In this document: positions 25,101 through 37,100 of the stretch, piece after piece
Layout: every line of letters begins with the position of its first letter
Numbering within the stretch: the stretch's first letter is position 1
Origin: Laetmonice hystrix
Lineage: Eukaryota
Direction of reading: 5' to 3'
Assembly (NCBI GenBank): GCA_965235115.1
Contig: OZ249438.1
Span: forward strand, 27,776,001 to 27,840,000
Length of the DNA stretch: 64,000 nucleotides
Translations under genes and position numbers: made by a program
The notes under the pieces: model-generated
The model's input: the letters and a program-made list of their open reading frames with translations, nothing else
Databases searched by the model: none
Told to the model about the DNA's origin: nothing

Positions 25101-28100
25101 CTCCAGTTGAGTATCCCGACACAGGTCTCTCATGTTGGCCTCTAGAGGGCAGCACTGAACAGTCATCCTGATCTCCAGGGGTCGAGATGTTGTCCCTCTC
25201 GACCTCAAAGACTCTGCCATCCTGGGAGGTTTTAATCGAGTCTATTTGATTTGTTTCTACAGACGTTTCCCTGTTTCGGTTGGTGTGTGGATTCACTGGC
25301 TGTGTCTGGTGTAGGTGTTGGTCAAGATTATGCTCTTTTAGAGGTTCCCACGTCATTCTGACGAGGACACGGCCCGCATCACCCGTCACACCCCACTGAA
25401 CAATAACCCAACCATTGACCCCAAGGTCACGGATTACCGAATCTAACGGAGTCGGCATGTTGACGTCTGCCATCCTGACGTTACGTCTGACGTCACACCA
25501 GCTGATTGAGAAGAAACTGAGTTTCTGTCGGCCTTGCTTTCCTTACCACGGAGTTACTCCCTTGGACTTGAAGGACGAAACGTGTCGAAAGTTTCGAAAA
25601 TATGGCAAGGAATCTTCCAACTTTGCAAGGCTGCAGAAACTCGTTGTTGATGAGTTTGCTTTTTTCATTAAATAGTGTTCTTATTCTTTCTTACCTGTTG
25701 CATAAACAATGGCGAAAATCGAAATTTCTCAATGTTAGGGCAAGAAAGCGAAGAACAGAAAACTAGCAACTTGTGACATCCGTGTGAGCCACCATGGTCG
25801 TCCGTAGATGGCGTCTGTTACCAGCGTCCCAGTGGTGGTCAATAAGTACAGGGCGGGGCTGCTGGTGGTAACAGGGATGTTGGAGACATGAGACTGAAGA
25901 GTTGACACCACGGAACGCCTATAAACCACACACAGCCGTGTCCCAACTAGTGAAGGTGTGATAGGAAAACATGTCCCAAGGTGATCTCTATGTCCATACA
26001 TCACATACAAGTCCGTAACGTCTGTGTCCCCCTGACTACTCTCTGCCCTTTGATGACAACTCTATGAAGGTAGAATCCCCCGGATTTATCTCCTAGTTCA
26101 CAAACCATCAAAACGCGCTGATCTCCCATGGAGGTCATCTCTAGTCGGTAATATAAAGGTGTAGTTGTAGTGACAGGGAACTGTAGAGGTCTCACAGCTG
26201 AGTGGAGCATAACCTTATCAAAGATATGACGCAGTGGGCTTCCAACTATAAAGTGCCTTATGACCCCTCACTATAAAACATCAAACTGGGGAGCTCTTTG
26301 AAATATCCGACTCGTACAGTGGTTGTCAGGCTGATTTACACAGTTACCCAGATATTGGAATCAGAAAAACCTGTCAGTAGGGGATACTGATTTATCTTTT
26401 AAACTGGGGGGGGGGGGTATTATAATACACGCGGTCCTGACCAAAGGGTCATTATTATAACCTGGATGGGAAGTCGGATAGCAATCAATAAACACGGAAT
26501 GTTTGGTATTCATGGTCCTCAGATGTCTCTCTAAGTTAGCCATCATAAAATAGTAGTTGAAATAATGACTTAAAGACTCACCAATACCTTATCTCTGTGA
26601 TTTTTTTCGCTAATGAACTTGACTCCTGTAGAATAAATCAATTAAGAGTTCCGTCTAACACTTGCAGTCGTTTTTTATAGAGAGGAAGACTGCTAAGGGA
26701 ACAGACGGGACCTGAGGTTTCCCAACCAGTAGAACTTAGTAGTATGTTTCATTTCAAGCCCGATTTCCGGCGATAAATCTACCCCAGTAATACCAAATGA
26801 AGGCGGTATAGGACAACTGGTTTTTATAGGAGGTTATAAAACACTTGAGGCTGGAATGGTGCCGATAACAAAAAGTCCGACGTATTCTGATCAATCCTGC
26901 AGACCCCAGAGCCCAATAAAATAGCACTGATCCATGTCTGACACCGAGAGGGACAGTGCCTCCCTCTGGCGACGGATCAAGTTATTACTAACAGGTGATT
27001 CCATGCTAATGGCGTCGGGCCGATACAGACTGCGGATTTTTTACTTGAGGGAGATTAACGGATAACTTAGTTTATAAATCGGAGTAGTAAGGCTTTTATG
27101 ACAGATCGATACAAAAATCCACTATTTCGTACAAAGAAGATTCACATTCTGTTGCACTGATGTTTATCCCACTCCCATGTCACAAGATCACAGAACAAGC
27201 ACATTTTTTTTCATTGTTTTTAATTTGGTAACATCTTTGATTCCCAGGCAGTATAATAAACAATAAACTGGAAAATAGACGGCAATATATGAATATAATC
27301 GCATAAAATAGAACTAAATTATTGTTTGTAAAATTGCAAATGACATCAATAAACTCATTTATACATAATACAATAACAGAACCCCTTATACCGTATAATT
27401 CCGTTTAAACACATGGTTTCTTATATTGAAGTAAATTAGGCCCATCGGAACTAAACTACACTAAACTTATACACGCTGAGGAAGTACAACCACTAATATA
27501 TTTATATAAGCATGTTGTATGGGCTGATTATGAACTAAAAGTAAACCCTACAGACACCCGGGCCTGGACGTCTAAATGGAAAATATTGTTAAGTTAAACG
27601 AAAGATCAATCTCATTTCATATCACAAATAAATGACAATAGTACTAATTATCATCACTGAAATCCCTGCATAGGACGGAATGTTTCTTGGAGTATCTCAG
27701 GAACGATTAAAATAAAACTCAAATCAGTCACTTTGTATCACAGGTAATCTCCTCGAAAAAATATCACATTGGTATTATGTTAGGAGTTAGGATCACTAAG
27801 AAGTCAGGGACGGAGTTCTTTTTGGAAAAATTATAAGACAAGTCAAATTATCCGCTTCACATACGTGTACTCCTAACAAGTAAATATCACAATTGTGTTT
27901 TCTTTATAGCTAAAATACAGGATCACTAAAATTTCAGTGAGGACGGAATCCTTCTTGTAATATTTATAAGGAGTTAAACTAAAACCAAACCATTATTCCC
28001 CAAATAAGAAACTAAAACAATCTTTAAGTCAAACACTAGAAAGATACGTGGAATGCCTACATTATTAATTCCAGCACTCTGCCCCTTCATAATGTCTAGT

Positions 28101-31100
28101 CAATCGTGGCTATTAGACAAGCTATTTCTGTTTTATATCCTACTGGGTAATATACTATAGGACTTGTTAATATCCTGCTTGACCAATATGCTGTTGCCAC
28201 TACTATTCAAATAAACAAAAAATGGACTTTTTCCATTGAGAGTGCGAAAGCATCCAATGGTTTTAAATTCATGCATTATCGGCATTCCCAGGCGTAGGAA
28301 ACAAGTCTTTGTTAAAGAAGTCTGTGAAGGCATGGTTTCCTCTTTATGAATACACAAATAGTTCGCAGGTATTTTGAACCACCATTTTTGTAGGTCGAGG
28401 CACCGACCTACAAGCATTCACTGAATGTATGTACTACAAGGCACCAATAAAGTCTATCAGCACACGTACAGTCGGTCAGGAATTCATTCTTACTGGAGAC
28501 TTCGGGACATTGTTCGCTTCGCCAGGTCATCAGATATAACCCTGTCGTTCAGAACTCACGACTGAACCTTTTTTTTAAGTCTTCCAGATATCTTCTTGAG
28601 TTTATCTGCTTGTTTTTGAGCCATGTCCAGGGAATCGTCTAAGTCCCTTGACTTTGAGTGTTTTTTCCTGGGTTTTGTGTTGGATTTGTCCTTGGTTGTG
28701 TTTTTAACTGGTGCGGTGACCACAACCCTGGGTTGGTGACCCGGAGTGGGGCCAGCCGGTATCAGGAGGACTGGGGGTCCGGGGATAGTGTTTACTGGCT
28801 GGTAACCTTGTGTACCAGGGACCGGGAACATACTTCCATTGGTGACGGAGCCGTGTCCTCCGAGAACCACCCCGGCGGCCTGGGGCAGCGAGCCGGGAGA
28901 AGGGTGGGAAACCACGGGGGGTACTGTCTGCGGGTACGGTACCGAGTGCGGGGGTACTGTCTGCGGGTACGGTACCGAGTGCGGGGGTACTGTCTGCGGG
29001 TACGGTACCGAGTGCGGGGATACTGTCTGCGGGTACGGTACCGAGTGCGGGGGTACTGTCTGCGGGTACGGTACCGAGTGCGGGGGTACTGTCTGCGGGT
29101 ACGGTACCGAGTGCAGGGGTACTGTCTGCGGGTACGGTACCGAGTGCGAGGGTACTGTCTGCGGGTACGGTACCGAGTACGGAGGCACGTCTCGGACTGG
29201 GACACTTGGAAGTCTCCTCTGGCCGGGCGAGTGTTGGTTAAAAGGATACTGATCACAGATTTCTCTGGGGTGTGAGGTGTATAATACCCCGGAGGGCGGA
29301 GTGAACGCCCGCCGCCTTGGTTCATACCGTTTGTTCCCTTCTAGCCGTCCCTTCAAGTCAATGTCAGCATCAGTGATCAGGCTCTCAATGCTATGCCGTC
29401 TCTGTAGGCGATGTGGGGATTTCTCTAACCTATCAAAGCGGACAGATGAGTCTCGAGGAGGGAGCTTTCTGACTCTTCTCCTCTCCTCCCTCCCTGGGTC
29501 CTCTCCCTTACTGGGACCCTCCTCCGCCCCTCCGTACTGGACCTTCAGGTCCCGTACCTGACGGAGCATATACTTTAGAAGGTCTTTCCTGGTTGTCGTG
29601 CCGCGCTCAGACTCGATGTCACGAGGGGGTTGACTCACTCGGCGGCTACCCTCCCGATTCTTGTGCTTCTTGTGTTTATCGGGCTTTTCCTTCTTCTTCT
29701 TTGATTGACTCCGTGATGAGGGCGCGTCTACTGGCTGGCCAATCAGAAGCAAGGATTCTGGTAGTGGAGGCTGTGAGTTGACCTTGACCGACGCTGTTGT
29801 TGGAGCAGCCTGGGCACTGATAACGTCCTCAGTTTGCCCTTGCTCAGTCTGAGTGGTCATTGCTCTCTGTGCCACCATCTGACCAAACGTCTGGGTGGAG
29901 AAGCTCCGAGCAGTTACAGTGAGAGGATCTGTGGAGGAGTCCTTGGTTTCCTTGACCACTTCACTTTGTGCTGCATGACCGCCAGCAGGTTCTCGGGGCT
30001 GACTATCGATGATCAGGCCCTCCAGTTTTTCAAGAAGGTTCGCAGTGTCTTCTTCACACGAAGGCTTGTTAGAGGCGGTTGCCTCTTGATGCGTGTTACC
30101 TGTGTTTACGGCTCCACCGGTAGGGTCTCTGAGCATGGGCATGGGCATGGCTGTAGCTCCAGTTGAGTTAGTTTGACCCGATTGTGGTGTCTGCCTTGAC
30201 ACAGCACTAGTAACACTTGCAGCTGGTCTAATAGTGGCCTCCTCAAACCCTGTGTTGTCCAAGGGCTCTCTGTCGTCCCCAGGTACAAAAGGTCCACTCC
30301 TGGTGCCATCAAAGGACTCTATGTATCTTTGATATGCTTGGATGTACGAGGGCGGCTCTGGGATGTCTCCAGTGGCGGGTAAAGCCAGGGTACCTGTGTC
30401 TGGAAGTACTCTGTCACCTAACATCGAGTCCTGCCCTGGTATTGGCATTGTCTGTAGTAAAACACTGCTTGTTCCACCTCCTCCTGTCGCAGTCAACATA
30501 TTGCTCCCTGGGTACGATGACCATGTAGTACCATTAAGTTTTATCAGGGTAGAGGCTGGGGTCTGGGGTCTGGTACCATCATCCCAAGGGGTCTGAGTGC
30601 AGGCATCCTCTGGGGTCTGAGTCGTTCTGTGCCGTGGGGTTTGAGTCGAGAAGTCCTGGCTGGACACACTGACTGAGGGAGGCTCTGGTTCCGTCAATCC
30701 AGATACCCAGGACTTGGCATCATCGCCCAGGTCGTCATATTCCTCCTCGGGTTCCTCAGTATAAAAGCCGTTTATACCTGGCTCCTCCTCTTCCTCTCCT
30801 GTCTCCTCCTCCTCGTCAGTTGAGTCTGACACCAAGTCGGTGTTTGGTTTGAGGATGTGTGTGATCTGCTCCACCTCGTGATCCACCACCTCCATGTGCC
30901 TGCGGACAGTCTGAGTGGAGATATCCGGACCCTCAATCAGCCACATGTTATCGGGGCACACGCCCCCTGGTGGCGGTGGTGAGAACTGTGGCGCCCTCGT
31001 GTGGAGATTGGTCACACCAGCGGTACAACTGATTGGTATGACAGTCACCTCATCCTCCTCGCCATCCTCCTCACTATCCCTGTGCTGAGTTTGTCCCAGT

Positions 31101-34100
31101 TCCTGTGTGTGAGGCACACCCTGGGTATCCTCCTCGTCCACCAACATCACTCTGACTGGGTAGAACTGTGTAGATACCGTGAGATCCTCCACACCCCTGG
31201 AGCCTGGGGTAGGTTGTAACGGTAGGGCAGACTCCTGCCCTGGCTGGTCCACTGCCATCAGTTCCTGCATGGCTCGATCTGCCTCCAGTACGGCCAGCAC
31301 CACGTTATCCTGAGAACTATAACTACTGGTAGCACTATCACAAACGTCCACCCTGTGCCGGTTACTCTCAGTCAACAAACGGTGGTCGTCAAAGGTCCTC
31401 TCTAGGTCACTCTCTACACGCACCAAACCTTCATCAGTCTGAGTGGATGCGACACTCACAGTCCTTCCCCTCGAGTCGGAGTCAGTTTGTAAACCAAGTT
31501 CCTCTGCCAGAACATGTTCCACACTGATGTTGATGGAGACACACTCAGTCTCACCGTACCCCGACTCCACATCACTTTCCTGTGGTTCGTCCTGGAACAC
31601 CTTCCCTCCTACCTTTGGCAGTCTCCTCCGTTTCCTGTCAGTGTCAGTTGCCGAGGATTTGGCTGATCTTGGTGATGAAGGTCCTGAGGCAGCTCCCTGG
31701 CTCACGTCAAGGTTCTGGTGATTATCTGAGTGAGGATGGATGAGTGTACGTGGTTTGGCACCACCACTACTAGGCTCAGGTAACCTTCTCTTGCCTGGTT
31801 TTGACAGATTCCTCCTTGATGACAGAGATGTTGCTGACCTGTCAGTCACTGCCGAACTCCCTGACGTCGTGTTCCCTGACCTGGGCCCAGCCCTCGATCC
31901 CCTCACAGGACTAGGTGACGGCCGTCCTTGCGCAGACCCTCGGACGGGACTCTTGGATTGTCCCCTTGTTGGCACATTAAGATCCCAGGAGGTTGGGTCA
32001 GGTTTCTGTCTGGGAGGGGCTCTCCTCACCGGTGATTGGTCCGCCGTCCGCCGGGGGATTCTACTAGCGCCACCTGGTGACACTGACCTATGTCGTACTA
32101 GAGACCCTGGAGGTGACCTTGATGTAGCTCTGCCCTGGAGTCGTGGGATCCGACTGGGACTCTGACTTAAGGTCCGCGGGTTGGACCTTCCTCCAGGAGA
32201 TTCTTGTCGGTTTCCTCCAGGAGGTCGAGCAGTCCTCCTGGACCTCTGTGAGCTGGAGCGTGGACTCCGGAGTGGTATCCGTGAGGGTGACGCTTGCCGG
32301 GACCTCCAGTCACGACCTCCTGATGACCTGATGTCGGCTCGAGCCTCGAGACCACGTCCACCGTCTGCCTCCTGGTGACTGTCAGTCCACGGCCTGCCGG
32401 CAGGTCCCTGTGTCTGTGATCGGCCTGTGTCTGAGGGCCTGCCGGTGTGTCCCTGTGTCTGGGATCGGCCTGTGTCTGAGGGCCTGCCAGTGGGTCCCTG
32501 TGTCTGTGATCGGCCTGTGTCTGAGGGCCTGCCGGTGGGTCCCTGTGTCTGTGATCGGCCTGTGTCTGAGGGCCTGCCGGTGTGTCCCTGTGTCTGTGAT
32601 CGGCCTGTGTCTGAGGGCCTGCCGGTGGGTGCCTGTGTCTGTGATCGGCCTGTGTCTGAGGGCCTGCCGAGGGAGTCCCTCAGCACACTGAGGGTAGTCT
32701 GCGTGCCAGCCTCAGAATTCCTCCCACGCTGAAATATCAAGGAGGACACTGGTTAGACAGAGCTCCCAACTTGTACAGGGACAGCAACTAAATGACATGT
32801 TCCTAACCCACAGACAATATACATGCAGCTTTCAGCTGTGGACCGGTCACAAGCTGTGAGGGTACCTTGAGTGCAACCTGTAAGAGGCTTACCACTGATC
32901 CTTGTTTATCCAAACACGTACTGACCTGCCATTTACATGTACATTCTTCCCCACAAAAGCTGTCCGGTGGAAAATGCCAATTTAAAAGCAAGTTTTAATC
33001 GCCGTGATTGCAAAACAAGGACTTCAAGCCAGCAACCAAATGACAGAGGAAGTGACATACTTTTGTAAACAACCAAGTGCCTAAATTTCTCTCACTGACT
33101 CTGAATCGAGATGTTGAATTCCGGGGTACTTTTTCTCTATGAAATTAGAAGGAACACAGTTTTTGGTTTGAAAATTCCACATTCAGTGTGACTTAAGTGA
33201 CTTCCATACTGGGAACGAGTGATTTTGTACCACTCCAAAGGCTTGCCTTCACATGTTTGTGTTATCGGTGGGTCAGGGGAGAAATCCTTCCAAATGCTAC
33301 AGAAACCAATCAAGAGATGCCACGGCCCATATCTCAATCAAGAGTTTATTGTTTTGTCATCGTACTGACTGAGGCCGACAGGAACAGATAGATAAAACTA
33401 AAATAAACGAGAGACAGTGCCATTAAGGGGTTACTCGAATCCTTGGGTGTAGAGACAAACCCACTGTCTCATGGAACATAACAAAGTCAAAGTGACTGCC
33501 GACCAGAAGTCCAACTCTGGTTACCTCCCCCCTGCTGGTTATGAATGTCTACATTTACTCCCGTCACCCAGCTGCTGGTTATGAATGTCTACATTTACTC
33601 CCGTCACCCAGCTGCTGGTTATGAATGTCTACATTTACTCCCGTCACCCAGCTGCTGGTTATGAATGTCTACATATACTCCCGTCACCCAGCTGCTGGTT
33701 ATGAATGTCTACATTTACTCCCGTCACCCAGCTGCTGGTTATGAATTTTACTCCCGTCACCCAGCCCACAGTCACTTGGGGTCAGGTTTCCTCCACCATT
33801 GTCGACCCCGGCTAACTGTCAGTTTCTGAGAGTGTGTGTTACTATGTGTATCCATATGTACTGTTACCAACGGGCCCCAAGGTGTTCGTAGAAGGGAGTT
33901 AAATTTTATAAAGTGTTCCGCGATACCTCCGTCCCGGGATCCCGGGTACCTATATCCATTGATATCATACATACATGCATGCACTCACGTGTAAGTGTTA
34001 GACGAGCGGGTTAGTTTTAACACTTAGCAATTGTTAGTCAGTTAGTGAACTACTAGGTACAAACAAGGAATATTTAGTGGACTACTAAAAGCATAAATGA

Positions 34101-37100
34101 CGGATCAGGATGGAGGGATGGGGCTGAGATACGGCTAGCAACCATCCACGTTAAAGTCCAACTACTGTACATTGTGCTGCTTGTGTCTATATTTTGGCGT
34201 GTTTAATGAAGCATTGGGCATGCTAGGCCGTGAGGGCATGGCAAGTGCTGAGTTACATTGGTTTGAAATGACTTGTTTGAATCAACCAACACTCCCTGGA
34301 TGTGTTATAAGCGGCGATTAAATCTTCATATTGCCGCTTGTTACACATTATGTGGCCGGTCTGGGGTATGAGTATATACAAGCACATGGCAATTATTGGA
34401 CAGCCGCCTCTCCCGCCCCCCGCACAATACAAAACACACAAAAGAGATTTCTCGAAGGACCATTGTTTCTTTGTAACTCCGTTACTTGTCAGAATAATGA
34501 AAGACTTCAGTTAAAATCCGAGATTGCCGTAGTCATTAACAAGGTTTTACCAGCAGTATAAACACTCCTCTCTCTCTATGAATGGGAAATATTGAATTGT
34601 TGAAAAATATCACGTCTACTTAGTAAATCCTAACGGGTAACGTTTATAACAGGATTATCTGGGATTAAAGCTTTACTGCTAACGAGATCACTAATCTGGT
34701 TAACTGATTCCTTCTTAATAATGGTGTGGACAACAACATTGGTCATTCATATGGTAGTATCTTAACATTCTTTCTGATCTAGAACTTGTGGTGGCACTAA
34801 TCGCATAAACATATTTTTGGACAACACATACATGCACAAATTAAGATAAAGCTGTCCGTGCAACTATGGGTATACCGTAAATCATATTAAAAACAATATA
34901 ATGGGAACAACTCACTTAACATGGGTTTCCACAAAAACTGTATTACCATGCTATGAGGGATTACTCAGCCAATTGTGGATTTAATAAGGAACTGAAGCAT
35001 TTCCTAAATAAACATAGGTTTCCAACAAGAATATAGTACCAAACTCTAATGGATTATTCAACAAAAATGGATGTAAAAAGGAACTAAAGCATTATTTAAA
35101 TATAAACCCACCTGTTTGTGCTTTGTTCAAGCTGAGTGATTCTCTAGTCCTTGGCTGTATGTACCCTCCATGGGGTACCAGGGTACACCCTTGGGTACTA
35201 GTACAAACTGCCAGTTATTCAGGTCTCTCCACATGGTCTCAGAAGATCTTGCTGTGAGTGGGGAAAAAGTCATCCAATCTACTCAGCCAATCAATGGTCG
35301 TGATTGGCTGCCAATCAAACAGCTCCTGACTCTGACAGGCTCTCGGCCCTATATTAGCCTCTCGTTGGGACGGTGCACACACTGAGGGGGGGGGGGGGAG
35401 TTTCGCGGGTTTCCAATGCTGTAGTCCTAGCTGGGTTGAACACAGGGTACGAGAGGGTACGAGTAGAAGCTCATCTCTACCCACACCCATTCTACACTAC
35501 ACCTACCCAAACGTGAGAGTAGTACTATACTACTCGCTTCACTTACAAGCGTCATATACAGTTCACGACCTCAATAATTCTCTGAGCATGCAAAGACAAG
35601 ACCGTAACAATGAACCCAGCGCTTTTATGGCGGCATCTCTACACAACAGTCCCTATCACTTCTATGGCATGCTATTACCATTTGAGGGTTTGGTGGTTTA
35701 TGACAGGTAGGAATATCATGAGAAGTTGGACAAGTCATCGGACCCAAATGCTTACTTCAGGTTTGGGGAATTTAATGGCGAGACACTCTGAGGCGACTCT
35801 GTCTGAACAAACTGACGGGAACCACGTACAATCGCTACTCATGGGAACCTCTACAGGCTCAGACAAGTCTGCCTCAGGCATCAACTTAGTTCCTTAACTC
35901 AGCAATAGGATTTCCCACCAACCCATGATTCTCCTTACATTCAGCTTCGTAAGCGTCGCTTTACGGCAAATCCTAGCTGAGACGGCTTTCTATACAGGCT
36001 GAGCTACATTTAACCATCGCTAAGTTTCCATTAATGTTTTTGTGCGAGGGTGAAACTGCTCAGGAATTGTTATAATAACGCTATCCATGGCGACACAGGG
36101 AACTCTCTCACAGCGGTATCATATCTGTAAGGGGTTGAGTGCGGCAGACAGACAGCTGCTACATTAACTGTTACTAATGACCACGGATGGCGACACAGGG
36201 AACTCTCTCACAGCGGTATCATATCTGTAAGGGGTTGAGCGTGGCAGAGAGACAGCTGCTACATTAACTGTTACTAATGACCACGGATGGCGACACAGGG
36301 AACTCTCTCACAGCGGTATCATATCTGTAAGGGGTTGAGCGCGGCAGAGAGACAACTGCTACATTAACTGTTACTAATGACCACGGATGGCGACACAGGG
36401 AACTCTCTCACAGCGGTATCATATCTGTAAGGGGTTGAGCGTGGCAGAGAGAGAGCTGCTACATTAACTGTTACTAATGACCACGGATGGCGACACAGGG
36501 AACTCTCTCACAGCGGTATCATATCTGTAAGGGGTTGAGCGCGGCAGAGAGAGAGCTGCTACATTAACTGTTACTAATGACCACGGATGGCGACACAGGG
36601 AACTCTCTCACAGCGGTATCATATCTGTAAGGGGTTGAGCGTGGCAGAGAGACAGCTGCTACATTAACTGTTACTAATGACCACGGATGGCGACACAGGG
36701 AACTCTCTCACAGCGGTATCATATCTGTAAGGGGTTGAGCGCGGCACAGAGACAGCTGCTACATTAACTGTTACTAATGATCACGGATGGCGACACAGGG
36801 AACTCTCTCACAGCGGTATCATATCTGTAAGGGGTTGAGCGCGGCACAGAGAGACAGCTGCTACATTAACTGTTACTAATGATCACGGATGGCGACACAG
36901 GGAACTCTCTCACAGCGGTATCATATCTGTAAGGGGTTGAGCGTGGCAGAGAGACAGCTGCTACATTAACTGTTACTAATGATCACGGATGGCGACACAG
37001 GGAACTCTCTCACAGCGGTATCATATCTGTAAGGGGTTGAGCACGGCACAGAGAGACAGCTGCTACATTAACTGTTACTAATGATCACGGATGGCGACAC

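Noticed and set aside
27610-27990. Degenerate ~120-145-bp triplication (atatcaca..ggatcact..ggacgga)
   Set aside because: Too diverged to define by eye and no evident function.
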